Below, piece by piece: positions 1-7,634 of a DNA stretch of 37,595 bases. This DNA is from a virus (lineage: Duplodnaviria; Caudoviricetes). The position numbers and the translations under genes are program-made. Below the pieces are notes generated by a model, which saw only the letters and a program-made list of their open reading frames with translations, did not search any database and was not told the DNA's origin. Every line of letters starts with the position of its first letter. Within the stretch, counting starts at the first letter, position 1. The stretch lies in the IMG/VR virus record IMGVR_UViG_3300010218_000100, positions 1 to 37,595 of that record, one strand, 5' to 3'.

Positions 1-597
1 TTAGCCGGTCCTCAGGGGAAGGCGCTCGAAGGCCGGTTCCCACGTTGCCATCGCCTCGTTCTGAGGCACCCCAGCGGCCTTGCCGGCCACCACCGCCGCC
101 ACCGCCTCCGACAGGAGGCGGACGCCCATCGGCCCCAGCTCACGCCGCCACAGGCTAGTTGGGTCGTCCTCCGGCCTGATATGGCACCAGTCCTGGGCGA
201 TGATCGGGCCGGCGTCCGCGCGGTCCGTAAGCCAGTAGACCGTCCCGCCGGTCACCGACTCGCGCATGTGGATGGCCCACCGCACTGCATCGCGGCCGCG
301 ATGCCGGGGCAGCAGGCTGGGGTGGTATCCGATGGCACCAAGCCGCGCGCGCCGGCGGGCGCCGGTGGTGACGTAGCAGTGAGCGTGAGCAAGCACCATC
401 AGCTCGACGCCCGGCGGCACCCAGCCGGCGACCAGCTGCCGGCCGGGGTCGCCGGTGTAGATCCCGGCATCGGCCGCCGCGAGCGCCAGGCGATCCCCGG
501 CCGGGGCGGCGACAAAGGCCACCTCATGACCAGCGCCGCGGAGCGCACCGAGCACCCGCTCCCCGAGCCATTTTTGCCCCACAAGCATCAGGCGCAT
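1..597 (-). CDS. Formyltransferase-fold protein (Fmt N-terminal / 10-formyl-THF dehydrogenase hydrolase-like), 198 aa
   Basis: YHPSLLPRHRG motif and GGTVYW..D..D.G.I..Q segment with the catalytic Asp; no C-terminal tRNA-binding domain; overlaps the upstream gene end by 10 nt. Confidence 0.88.
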   Translation of the reverse strand: MRLMLVGQKWLGERVLGALRGAGHEVAFVAAPAGDRLALAAADAGIYTGDPGRQLVAGWVPPGVELMVLAHAHCYVTTGARRRARLGAIGYHPSLLPRHRGRDAVRWAIHMRESVTGGTVYWLTDRADAGPIIAQDWCHIRPEDDPTSLWRRELGPMGVRLLSEAVAAVVAGKAAGVPQNEAMATWEPAFERLPLRTG

Positions 598-1733
598 CGG
601 CTGGCTTCTCCCAAGTAGCGGAAGCCCTGGACGGCCCTCATATGGCCGCCGTGGCCACGGCTATTGATGGGCTTCAGCCCGTGCCGGATCGAGCTGGCGC
701 GGATCGACTCGGCCGACTTCGCGCCGTGGCTGCCATGAAAGGCGGCGCTCACCTGTGTCCATCGGCGGTCGCGGCGCAGGGCGCTGGCCAGCCCAGGGTG
801 GCTGGTATGGAACAGGGTGCGGAGCGGTAGCGCGTAGCGATTCTGGCCAAGGCGCCAACGCTCGCACATGGCGTTGAGGAACCGCAGGCCTACGCCGGCG
901 CCTTGCCACTCGGGCATCACCACCAGGCGGCAGGCGCGAGCCTCGACGAGACCAGGTCGAGTAGAGAAGCACACGTGCGCGACGAGCTGGCCGTCAACGG
1001 TGGCGACGTAGTTGGTGCTGCCGATCATCCGGGGCAGCTTCAGATAGTGATGCGGCTCAAATGCTGGCCAATGGCGCCAGTTGGTTTCCCAGATATCGAC
1101 GTCGATCGTTGGGCGGCGTCGAACCGACCCCCGATCGGCACGCTCGAAGGCGCCGGTGGCGGTGTCGAAGATCCAGTCCGGCTGCAGCCAGTCCAGCACG
1201 TCGTAATGGCAGGAGAGCAACACCACGCGGCCCGTGGTTCGCCGCCATGCCTTGCCAAACGCCAGCGCGCCGATCTTGGCGATCTGCCGGTCGATCACGG
1301 AGGTGAACTCATCCACGACCGCGCGCGCCGGGGCCTCGGCCACCAGCCGCGCCAGGCCGGCGCGGAACTGCTCGCCGTTGGACAACACCGGGAACGGACG
1401 AAGCCACGCGGGGACGCTTCCAAGGCCTACCGCAGCGAGGGCGGCGGTTGCCGCGTTGAAGTCACCTGCCGGGGCGATCGCGTCAATGATCGGCGCGTCC
1501 TTAGGCCACTTCGGATGCCACACAGATCGCGGCCCCCAAATGGCGCGGCCGAGGCTGGTTTTTCCCGATCCACTGGGGCCGACGATCACGCCGATCGACC
1601 AGTCGAAGTCGTCAAGCGGAAGGTCCGCCTGGAGCGAAAACGAGGCGCCGCTTTCGCAGTTGAACAGGGACTTCACGCGGGCCGCCCGGTAGCTGTCGAA
1701 GTCGGCGCAAGAGTGATGGATGTCGACCTTCAT
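588..1733 (-). CDS. ABC-type ATPase fused to a Mom-like GNAT acyltransferase, 381 aa
   Basis: Walker A GPSGSGKT, signature LSNGE, Walker B VVDEF, H-loop SCH; C-terminal FEPHHYL and GNAT motif A RLVVMPEWQGAGVG; start re-picked at ATG 1733 (ATGA overlap). Confidence 0.85.
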   Translation of the reverse strand: MKVDIHHSCADFDSYRAARVKSLFNCESGASFSLQADLPLDDFDWSIGVIVGPSGSGKTSLGRAIWGPRSVWHPKWPKDAPIIDAIAPAGDFNAATAALAAVGLGSVPAWLRPFPVLSNGEQFRAGLARLVAEAPARAVVDEFTSVIDRQIAKIGALAFGKAWRRTTGRVVLLSCHYDVLDWLQPDWIFDTATGAFERADRGSVRRRPTIDVDIWETNWRHWPAFEPHHYLKLPRMIGSTNYVATVDGQLVAHVCFSTRPGLVEARACRLVVMPEWQGAGVGLRFLNAMCERWRLGQNRYALPLRTLFHTSHPGLASALRRDRRWTQVSAAFHGSHGAKSAESIRASSIRHGLKPINSRGHGGHMRAVQGFRYLGEASRCA

Positions 1734-1921
1734 ACCGTCACCACCTTCAGCTTCTCGCCGGCGGCGTGCAGGCGTTTGTAAACCTGCTCCTGGTGGGTCT
1801 CGTTCTGGCAAATCACGATCACGCCGAAGCGCTCGCGATACTTGAATCCGTTGGCTCCTGGAGCCTTCGTGTTGCCCGCGGTTTGCCCGGCGCCGGGCGC
1901 CGAGGTCTTGCTGCTTTTCAT
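1730..1921 (-). CDS. Small hypothetical protein (63 aa), first gene of the mom-position cassette
   Basis: GGAGA RBS; ATGA coupling to the ABC-GNAT gene; predicted beta-alpha-beta C-terminus FGVIVICQNETHQEQVYKRLHAAGEKLKVVTV. Confidence 0.75.
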   Translation of the reverse strand: MKSSKTSAPGAGQTAGNTKAPGANGFKYRERFGVIVICQNETHQEQVYKRLHAAGEKLKVVTV

Positions 1922-1925
1922 GCTG

Positions 1926-2043
1926 TCTCCACGTATGAGATCGCTTCTACTTAGGCTCCCTCTCGCCGGTACCGGCTAGGGGCCTTGCTCGATCCACGCC
2001 CATCGTGGAAAGGGGTCGCGCTGTTGACGCAGCGCGATGCCCC
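1926..2043 (-). promoter_or_regulatory. Structured leader (three hairpins plus a weak SD-sequestering stem) upstream of the modification cassette
   Basis: Inverted repeats 2016-2023/2030-2037, 1993-1998/2004-2009, 1953-1985 (nested) and 1926-1929/1937-1940. Confidence 0.5.
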
Positions 2044-2050
2044 GAACTTC

Positions 2051-2512
2051 TTAAATTGCGGCTGCAGGCGCCTCCATCGCTGGCTGCAGCATCCATAGGT
2101 CTTGCGGGGTAACGCGGCGCAGGGAATCGGCGCGGAAGAGCGGCGATCCGGCGCGGTCAAACGCGTAAGCCACCAGCTCGCTGCAGAACCAAGAGTCGGC
2201 GTCCTTCCACACGCGATGCAGGCCGAGGCCGAGCACGGCGGTGTAGTCGTAGGGCTTACCGATCTCCAAAACAGCCGCGGCGATCACGACCGCCGGATCG
2301 CGGCAAGGCAGCTGGCTGATAGCCCAGCGCGGGTCTTCCGCCTGTCGCTTCGCAAGCGGCGTGCGCACAACGCCCTTGAGGGCCACGGCCTCGATCACGC
2401 TGTCGCCATCGATCAAGGCGACGTGCGACCAGGTCGACCAGCTGCACGCCCGAATCGCCCAGCTCAGGGGATTGGCCGGGTTGGTACAGAACAGCAGCGA
2501 GACCGCGCCCAT
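2051..2512 (-). CDS. Permuted papain-like NlpC/P60 amidase (YiiX/YebB family)
   Basis: WSHVAL His motif, IEA, G.PYD and WFCSELVA Cys motif in permuted order. Confidence 0.85.
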   Translation of the reverse strand: MGAVSLLFCTNPANPLSWAIRACSWSTWSHVALIDGDSVIEAVALKGVVRTPLAKRQAEDPRWAISQLPCRDPAVVIAAAVLEIGKPYDYTAVLGLGLHRVWKDADSWFCSELVAYAFDRAGSPLFRADSLRRVTPQDLWMLQPAMEAPAAAI

Positions 2513-2513
2513 A

Positions 2514-3095
2514 TCAGAGGCCCGCCGGCACAGCCATCACGTTGGCGATCGCCGCGTCGGCGGCCGCGTGCGCCGCCGCCTCAGTGCCGGCGGCGTTCAC
2601 GTTGGCCTTGCCGAGCAGCCGCGCCGAGCGGATCGCCACCAGCGCGGATTCCCATGCGGCGGCGGTCGCCAGAATGTCATCGCATGCCTGCTGTGCGGTC
2701 CACCCGGAGGCCTGCGCCCAGCAGCTGATCGTCGCGGGCACATCGCCCGCATAGCTCGCGCCAGCGAACGCCACCGCGTCGGCCTTGGCCTGCTGGTACT
2801 CGGCCAGCCGGCCGGGACTCTTCCCACCGATGGCGATGTAGGCAATGTCCGCGTTCGCGTCGATCGTCGCGCAGAGCGTCGCCTTCAACTGGTCAAGCGT
2901 GGGGCCGGCTTCGGCCGGTGCCGTAAATGCCCACGCGCCATCCGCCTGCGTCGCCAGCCAGCCCTGCGCCGGCGGCGGCACGATGTCGGTCACATCGACC
3001 CACACCAACTCGGGCGGAAACATCGTGGTGATATCGCCATCGGTCGAAAGGGTCTCGACCACGGCGCCGTTGCTTACGCGCACGTAATTCTTCAT
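2514..3095 (-). CDS. Tail fibre assembly/chaperone-like protein
   Basis: Directly after the fibre with TGATG overlap; MKNYVRV..G.VVE...F..EL.WVD.T N-terminus typical of Tfa-like proteins. Confidence 0.7.
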   Translation of the reverse strand: MKNYVRVSNGAVVETLSTDGDITTMFPPELVWVDVTDIVPPPAQGWLATQADGAWAFTAPAEAGPTLDQLKATLCATIDANADIAYIAIGGKSPGRLAEYQQAKADAVAFAGASYAGDVPATISCWAQASGWTAQQACDDILATAAAWESALVAIRSARLLGKANVNAAGTEAAAHAAADAAIANVMAVPAGL

Positions 3096-3976
3096 CAGGT
3101 GAACTCCCACACAATGACTTCGCCGGCGGCGCCGTTGCCGCCCTTCTGAGACACGACCACGGTGTTGCCGCATCCGCCGCTGCCGCCCGCGCCTGGGCTC
3201 GTGGCATCGGTGCCGGTCGATCCGTTGCCCGGACCGGTGCTGCCGCCGCCGGATGGTGCGGGACCGCCCTTGCCGCTGATCCCGCCGTCACCGCCGGCGA
3301 GCTTGTTGCCGAGGACGAAGCCGAACAGGCTGGGGCCACCGAGAGCGCTGTACAGATTCGCGCCGGCTACCGTGTCGCCGCCGGCGGTGCGGTAGGACGT
3401 GCCGGTGGTGCTGTTGCTGATGGCCCGGCTCACAGGCCCGCCGTAACCGCCGCTCGCCGAAATCAAAGTGCCGAAACTGCTGGTGCCGCCGTTGCTGCCG
3501 TTCGCCGAGTTGCCTTGGGCCGCGCCGGCGCCGCCGGCGCCGACCGTAATCGTCACGCCGTCGAAGTTGGCGGTGAACTGCCCCACGGCGTAAGCACCGC
3601 CGCCGCCGCCGGCCGCGGCGCTGACAGTAGAGCTGCCGGTGGCGATCGTGGCCGCGCTGCCGCCGCCGCCGCCGATCACTTCGACGATCACCTTTTTCGT
3701 GCCCGCAGTTGCGTTGTAGGTGAAGGCGCCAGCCGCGCTCCACTTGCGCACGTTGAGCAGGCGGCCGGGCAGCAGCTTTATGGCCGCGAGCAGCTGCGTG
3801 ACGTCCGCCTCGTCGGGCACCAGGCCCATGCCGGTGATCGTGTTGATGATCTCGTCGGTAACGTTGTTCGCCCAGCCGGCAGGGTCACGGCTGGCCGGGA
3901 TGCCGGCACCCGGGTTGCCATCGGTGAACTTGCCGCCGACCAGGCCAACGGTGGGGTCGCTCTTGGGGTAATCCAT
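3095..3976 (-). CDS. Tail fibre protein with glycine-rich C-terminal domain
   Basis: [25 protein letters not shown] baseplate-anchor N-terminus; GGGGG-rich C-terminus; follows gp48; start re-picked at 3976 (GAGGA RBS). Confidence 0.85.
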   Translation of the reverse strand: MDYPKSDPTVGLVGGKFTDGNPGAGIPASRDPAGWANNVTDEIINTITGMGLVPDEADVTQLLAAIKLLPGRLLNVRKWSAAGAFTYNATAGTKKVIVEVIGGGGGSAATIATGSSTVSAAAGGGGGAYAVGQFTANFDGVTITVGAGGAGAAQGNSANGSNGGTSSFGTLISASGGYGGPVSRAISNSTTGTSYRTAGGDTVAGANLYSALGGPSLFGFVLGNKLAGGDGGISGKGGPAPSGGGSTGPGNGSTGTDATSPGAGGSGGCGNTVVVSQKGGNGAAGEVIVWEFT

Positions 3977-3986
3977 CGATCGTTCC

Positions 3987-4562
3987 TCAGGTGTAGATGA
4001 AGTTGACTTGCAGGTCGGCCGGGTTGTGCTGGCGCATGACGCATTCCAGGACGTCGTTCTGCCAGCCCGCGTAGGCCTCGCCATAAGCGGAGTTGCCGAA
4101 GCGCCGGTAATTGACGCTGTTGAGCGGCGCGTGCACCTCCCAAACGAACTGCCAGTCCGTGCCGCCGTAGAAGTCGCCCAGCGCCGCGCGATAACGGCGG
4201 GCGTAGCGCTTCACGATCTGCACCGTGTAGCCCAGCGAGGCGGCAAGCGAGAGCAGGAACGGCAGCGACGGGCCGCTGTTGGCGGTGAGGCGAGCGATCA
4301 GCGCCGCGCGCCGCGCTTCCACGGACTGGCCCGCCGGCGTGCAGTCGTCCGGGAGATCCGCCACGCGCTCCCAATCGGCGAGCAGCTCCAGCGTGCTGTC
4401 GGGCAGCGCTTCCGCGATCAGTGCCGCGCCCCGGCCATCCACCCGCGCCAGCTCCTCGGCCAGCCCGTCCAGCAGCTGGGTGAGGACGCCGTCGCCATCT
4501 TCGAGCGCGCGACCGGGCGGGAGCAGCGACCGAAGATGCTCGCGATACTGGTCTGCGGTCAT
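3987..4562 (-). CDS. Baseplate protein, Mu gp48/YmfQ (DUF2313)-like
   Basis: LLPPGRA...LL..WERV.DLP motif; synteny after gp47; ATGA overlap. Confidence 0.88.
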   Translation of the reverse strand: MTADQYREHLRSLLPPGRALEDGDGVLTQLLDGLAEELARVDGRGAALIAEALPDSTLELLADWERVADLPDDCTPAGQSVEARRAALIARLTANSGPSLPFLLSLAASLGYTVQIVKRYARRYRAALGDFYGGTDWQFVWEVHAPLNSVNYRRFGNSAYGEAYAGWQNDVLECVMRQHNPADLQVNFIYT

Positions 4563-5614
4563 GCCCACGTGGGCGCCCCCAGCGTGGTCATGTTGCCGGT
4601 GGTTTCCACCACATCGGCGGCGGGCGAAATCAGCTGGTGGTCGGTCTCGCCGGCGGCGATGCTGATCGCCTCGTTGATGTGCGAGAGCAGGATCGTGCCG
4701 CCCGGCTGCGCCTCACGCGACAGCAGATCCGCCAGCTCGGCCGTGACCGCGTCGCGCACGGCTTGCGAGTCGGGCGTCAGCCGAATGTCGGGATTGAGCG
4801 GCGAAGCGGTCGGCGCCATCACGTAGACGTCCGGCCGTACCGGGCAGACGGTGTCGATGTGGGCCTGCACCGCGGCGACGGTGGCGGCATCGGGAATCAA
4901 GCCGCCCGGCGCATCGTCGGTGACGAAACGCACGGTGACGGTGCCCAGGCCCAGCTCCTTGGGATAGACCCACACGCGCGTCACGCCGGCCACCTCAAGC
5001 GCCCAGCGCTGGTAGTCGGCGCTGGTGCCGCCCTTGGGCGGCTCCTGGATGCGGGCCACCACGCGCGCGCGCCAGGCTTCGACGTCCTCCAGGTCGGCAC
5101 CGCCGCCGATCCCGGCCGCGTCGACAGTGGCGGTGTTGCCGACGCCGGCGATCGGGGCCACGAACTTGAGGGCGGTGTTGGCCACCGCATCGGCGGCCGC
5201 GCCAGCGCTGACAGCGGTCACTGTCGTGGTCGCGGTGCCGGCTTCGATCGTGGCGTCCGCATCGGTCATGTACTCGCTGCCATCAGCGCGCGTTAGCAAG
5301 GTGCCGGCCGGGACGACGCTGGCATCCTCGCCCGTAAACACCACCGGGCCGGTGGCCGCGCTGGCGGCCTTGCGCGGGACCTTCCAGATGGCCGCATGGC
5401 GCGCCAGCACGTCGCCGTCGCAGCTGTCGGGCAGGATCTGCCGCGCAATCCACTCCTGGTGGCCGTAGAGGCCGTGCACGGCGCCCGCGAAGGCACGCGC
5501 CAGGATGGTGGTCAAAGCACGGCGCAGGCGCGCCAAGGCGCCCTGCAGCCGCGAGCCGATGTCGCTGTCGATGCGGTCGATCAGCGTGGCGAGCGGGGGT
5601 CGATTCCAAGCCAT
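4559..5614 (-). CDS. Baseplate J/gp47 wedge protein
   Basis: GG.D.E....R.R....PP.GG..DY..WA..V.GV.R motif. Confidence 0.93.
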   Translation of the reverse strand: MAWNRPPLATLIDRIDSDIGSRLQGALARLRRALTTILARAFAGAVHGLYGHQEWIARQILPDSCDGDVLARHAAIWKVPRKAASAATGPVVFTGEDASVVPAGTLLTRADGSEYMTDADATIEAGTATTTVTAVSAGAAADAVANTALKFVAPIAGVGNTATVDAAGIGGGADLEDVEAWRARVVARIQEPPKGGTSADYQRWALEVAGVTRVWVYPKELGLGTVTVRFVTDDAPGGLIPDAATVAAVQAHIDTVCPVRPDVYVMAPTASPLNPDIRLTPDSQAVRDAVTAELADLLSREAQPGGTILLSHINEAISIAAGETDHQLISPAADVVETTGNMTTLGAPTWA

Positions 5615-6058
5615 TTAAAGGGTGCTCCAAACGTATTGGTACTGGCGATTGAAGGGCGGGGTTTGAGGCCGTTGGATGGCGACCGCCAGCGTGCAGCGCC
5701 CCGGCGCCACGAAGGTGGCCCGCACGTCGACCTCTGAGGCAACGCCGTCTTCGACCAGCCATGCCAGCGCCTCGGCGGCATAGGTCTGCGCGCGCTGCGC
5801 CACGCTGGTCATCTGTTTCTCACGGCCCAGCAGCCAAAGCTTCGAGCCGATGCGATCGCCGGCAACGGACGCGAACGAGTCACCCCACCAGCCGCGCGGG
5901 TCCTGGTCGATCGACACGCCATCATCAGCATCGGCCCGCCGATCGAGGAACAGGCTGAGCAACACCGCCGTTTCAAGACCCTCGTCCGCCACCAGATCGG
6001 CCTCGCCCATCGCCACGTCGCCGTGGTCGAAATCCCACTGCAGGGCAATGTCGGTCAT
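5615..6058 (-). CDS. Mu gp46-like baseplate wedge protein
   Basis: L.TAV..SLF.D.RA...RGWWGD...IGS.LWLL.R.K motif. Confidence 0.93.
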   Translation of the reverse strand: MTDIALQWDFDHGDVAMGEADLVADEGLETAVLLSLFLDRRADADDGVSIDQDPRGWWGDSFASVAGDRIGSKLWLLGREKQMTSVAQRAQTYAAEALAWLVEDGVASEVDVRATFVAPGRCTLAVAIQRPQTPPFNRQYQYVWSTL

Positions 6059-6597
6059 GCGCTCGCCCTCGATGTCAGCGTGATGCCGTTGGCCGTGACC
6101 TCGGTGTCCGCGGTGACGTTGTTTGCCGTGATATCGCCCACGACCTTGAGGTTTTGCGTTACCTCCACTTCGGGCGCATCGAGCGTGATCTTGGCGGTGG
6201 CCGTGACGGTCACCTGCGGCGCGGTCACCTTCACCGTTCCGCCGGAGACGATCTCGATCACCTTGCCGCGCTTGAACTGGATGACGTCGCCCTCGTCGGT
6301 GTAGAGCGCCACCTCGCCCTTCTGCAGGCTCTTCAGGCGATAGCGGCCGTCATCCACGGCGATCGCCACCAGGTGGGATCGCACGCCGGCGAGGGCCGCG
6401 ACCACGGCTTCGGCGCCGGGCAGCGGCACGCTGGTGAAGCCGTATTCCTGGAAGCGCTGCACCTGGGCGACCTCGCCCGACAGGACAGTGATCTGCAGGC
6501 CCTGCACCTTGAGGGCGTCGTTGACCATCGTGACCACGCTGCGCGCGAGCAGCATGCGCACGCGGCGGGCCAGGGTGCGCAGAGCAGCGGCGCTCAA
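6055..6597 (-). CDS. Baseplate spike, Mu gp45-like
   Basis: QEYGFTSVPLPGAE and GEVALY motifs; beta-helix-like C-terminus; TTG start overlapping the upstream stop. Confidence 0.9.
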   Translation of the reverse strand: MSAAALRTLARRVRMLLARSVVTMVNDALKVQGLQITVLSGEVAQVQRFQEYGFTSVPLPGAEAVVAALAGVRSHLVAIAVDDGRYRLKSLQKGEVALYTDEGDVIQFKRGKVIEIVSGGTVKVTAPQVTVTATAKITLDAPEVEVTQNLKVVGDITANNVTADTEVTANGITLTSRASA

Positions 6598-7634
6598 AAC
6601 ATGCCTCCATCGGGCTCGGGCTCGGGCAGCTTGATCGGGTCATAGGCATGGCGGCCGACCACCGTCAGCTCGGTGCGCTCGCCCTGTTCGTCCAGGGTGA
6701 AGTCCACCTGCGAGATCAGGCGCTCTTCGTCGATGTCCAGGAAGCGATCGCGCACGGGCACCACCGCGTTGGGCTGCCACAGCTTGCCGTTCGCCCGCCA
6801 GCCCGCCACGGTGTAGACCACCTGGCTGCCGCGCGCCGCGGCGACGGTGCGCTGCCACTGCGCGCGAGTCTTGCAGCTGCCGGCGTTCGCCTGGTCCTCG
6901 GCGATGATGATGGTGGGGCGATAGCGGCCGATCGCGGCGTCCAGCGCGCTGGCCGAGGGGCCGGCGGCGGCGTCGCCGAACAGCAGGTCTGTGCCCGCCT
7001 GTTGCGCCTTGACGATGTACTCGGCGAAGCGCTGCTGCAGGCTGGAATGGCCGCTCGCCTTCAGGATGTTCTTGCCCAGCTCGAGCGCGGCCGGCGCTTT
7101 CAATTCGCCCGGCTGCGTGATGACCAGGTTGCCCTGCCCATCGGACATCAGCAGCACGCCCCGGTAGCGGGCGGCGCGCTCCAGGTTCTCCATGACGGTT
7201 TCGCCTGGCTCGATGCGCCACTCGGCAAACGGCGCGCCGACATCGGTGCGAACGATTACCGGCACCTTGAACGGCGCCGCGAGGTCCTGGGCGATCTGCG
7301 CCAGCGTGCGGTTCTGATACGTGCCCGCGTTGCAGATGGCGGCGCAGTCGACCAGGTCGCCGGTGGCGTCGCGGCCGCTCACGCCGAGCGTGTGATTTTG
7401 GTCGTCGTAGTCCGGGGCGACCACATCGATCCAACCCTGGATGATGCGCTCGCTGTCGATCGACACTGCGCTCTTTTGCCCTTGCCGGATGGGCCGCGGC
7501 TTGGAGAGTCCGTCGAAGCGATCCGTGACGATCAGCTCGAAGCCGCCCGCCACCTGTTCCACGCCGCGGCTGATCCGCAGCCGCTGCCAGCCGGCGTAGC
7601 GGGCGCCATCCACCGTCAGCAGCAGATCACTCAC
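6594..7634 (-). CDS. Baseplate hub, Mu gp44 (P)-like
   Basis: Y.GW....I.R..E...G.F and GRD.TGDLVDC motifs; synteny. Confidence 0.92.
   Translation of the reverse strand: MSDLLLTVDGARYAGWQRLRISRGVEQVAGGFELIVTDRFDGLSKPRPIRQGQKSAVSIDSERIIQGWIDVVAPDYDDQNHTLGVSGRDATGDLVDCAAICNAGTYQNRTLAQIAQDLAAPFKVPVIVRTDVGAPFAEWRIEPGETVMENLERAARYRGVLLMSDGQGNLVITQPGELKAPAALELGKNILKASGHSSLQQRFAEYIVKAQQAGTDLLFGDAAAGPSASALDAAIGRYRPTIIIAEDQANAGSCKTRAQWQRTVAAARGSQVVYTVAGWRANGKLWQPNAVVPVRDRFLDIDEERLISQVDFTLDEQGERTELTVVGRHAYDPIKLPEPEPDGGMF

Noticed and set aside
588-1733. ABC transporter
   Set aside because: No permease or binding-protein genes nearby, and the ATPase is fused to a GNAT domain.
1951-2160. 69-aa ORF as a Com translational activator
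   Set aside because: No CxxC/CxxC zinc-finger spacing; overlaps the amidase gene; no RBS.
2051-3976. Invertible G-segment or diversity-generating retroelement at the tail fibre
   Set aside because: Single fibre gene; no invertase, reverse transcriptase, inverted repeats or template/variable repeat pair seen.
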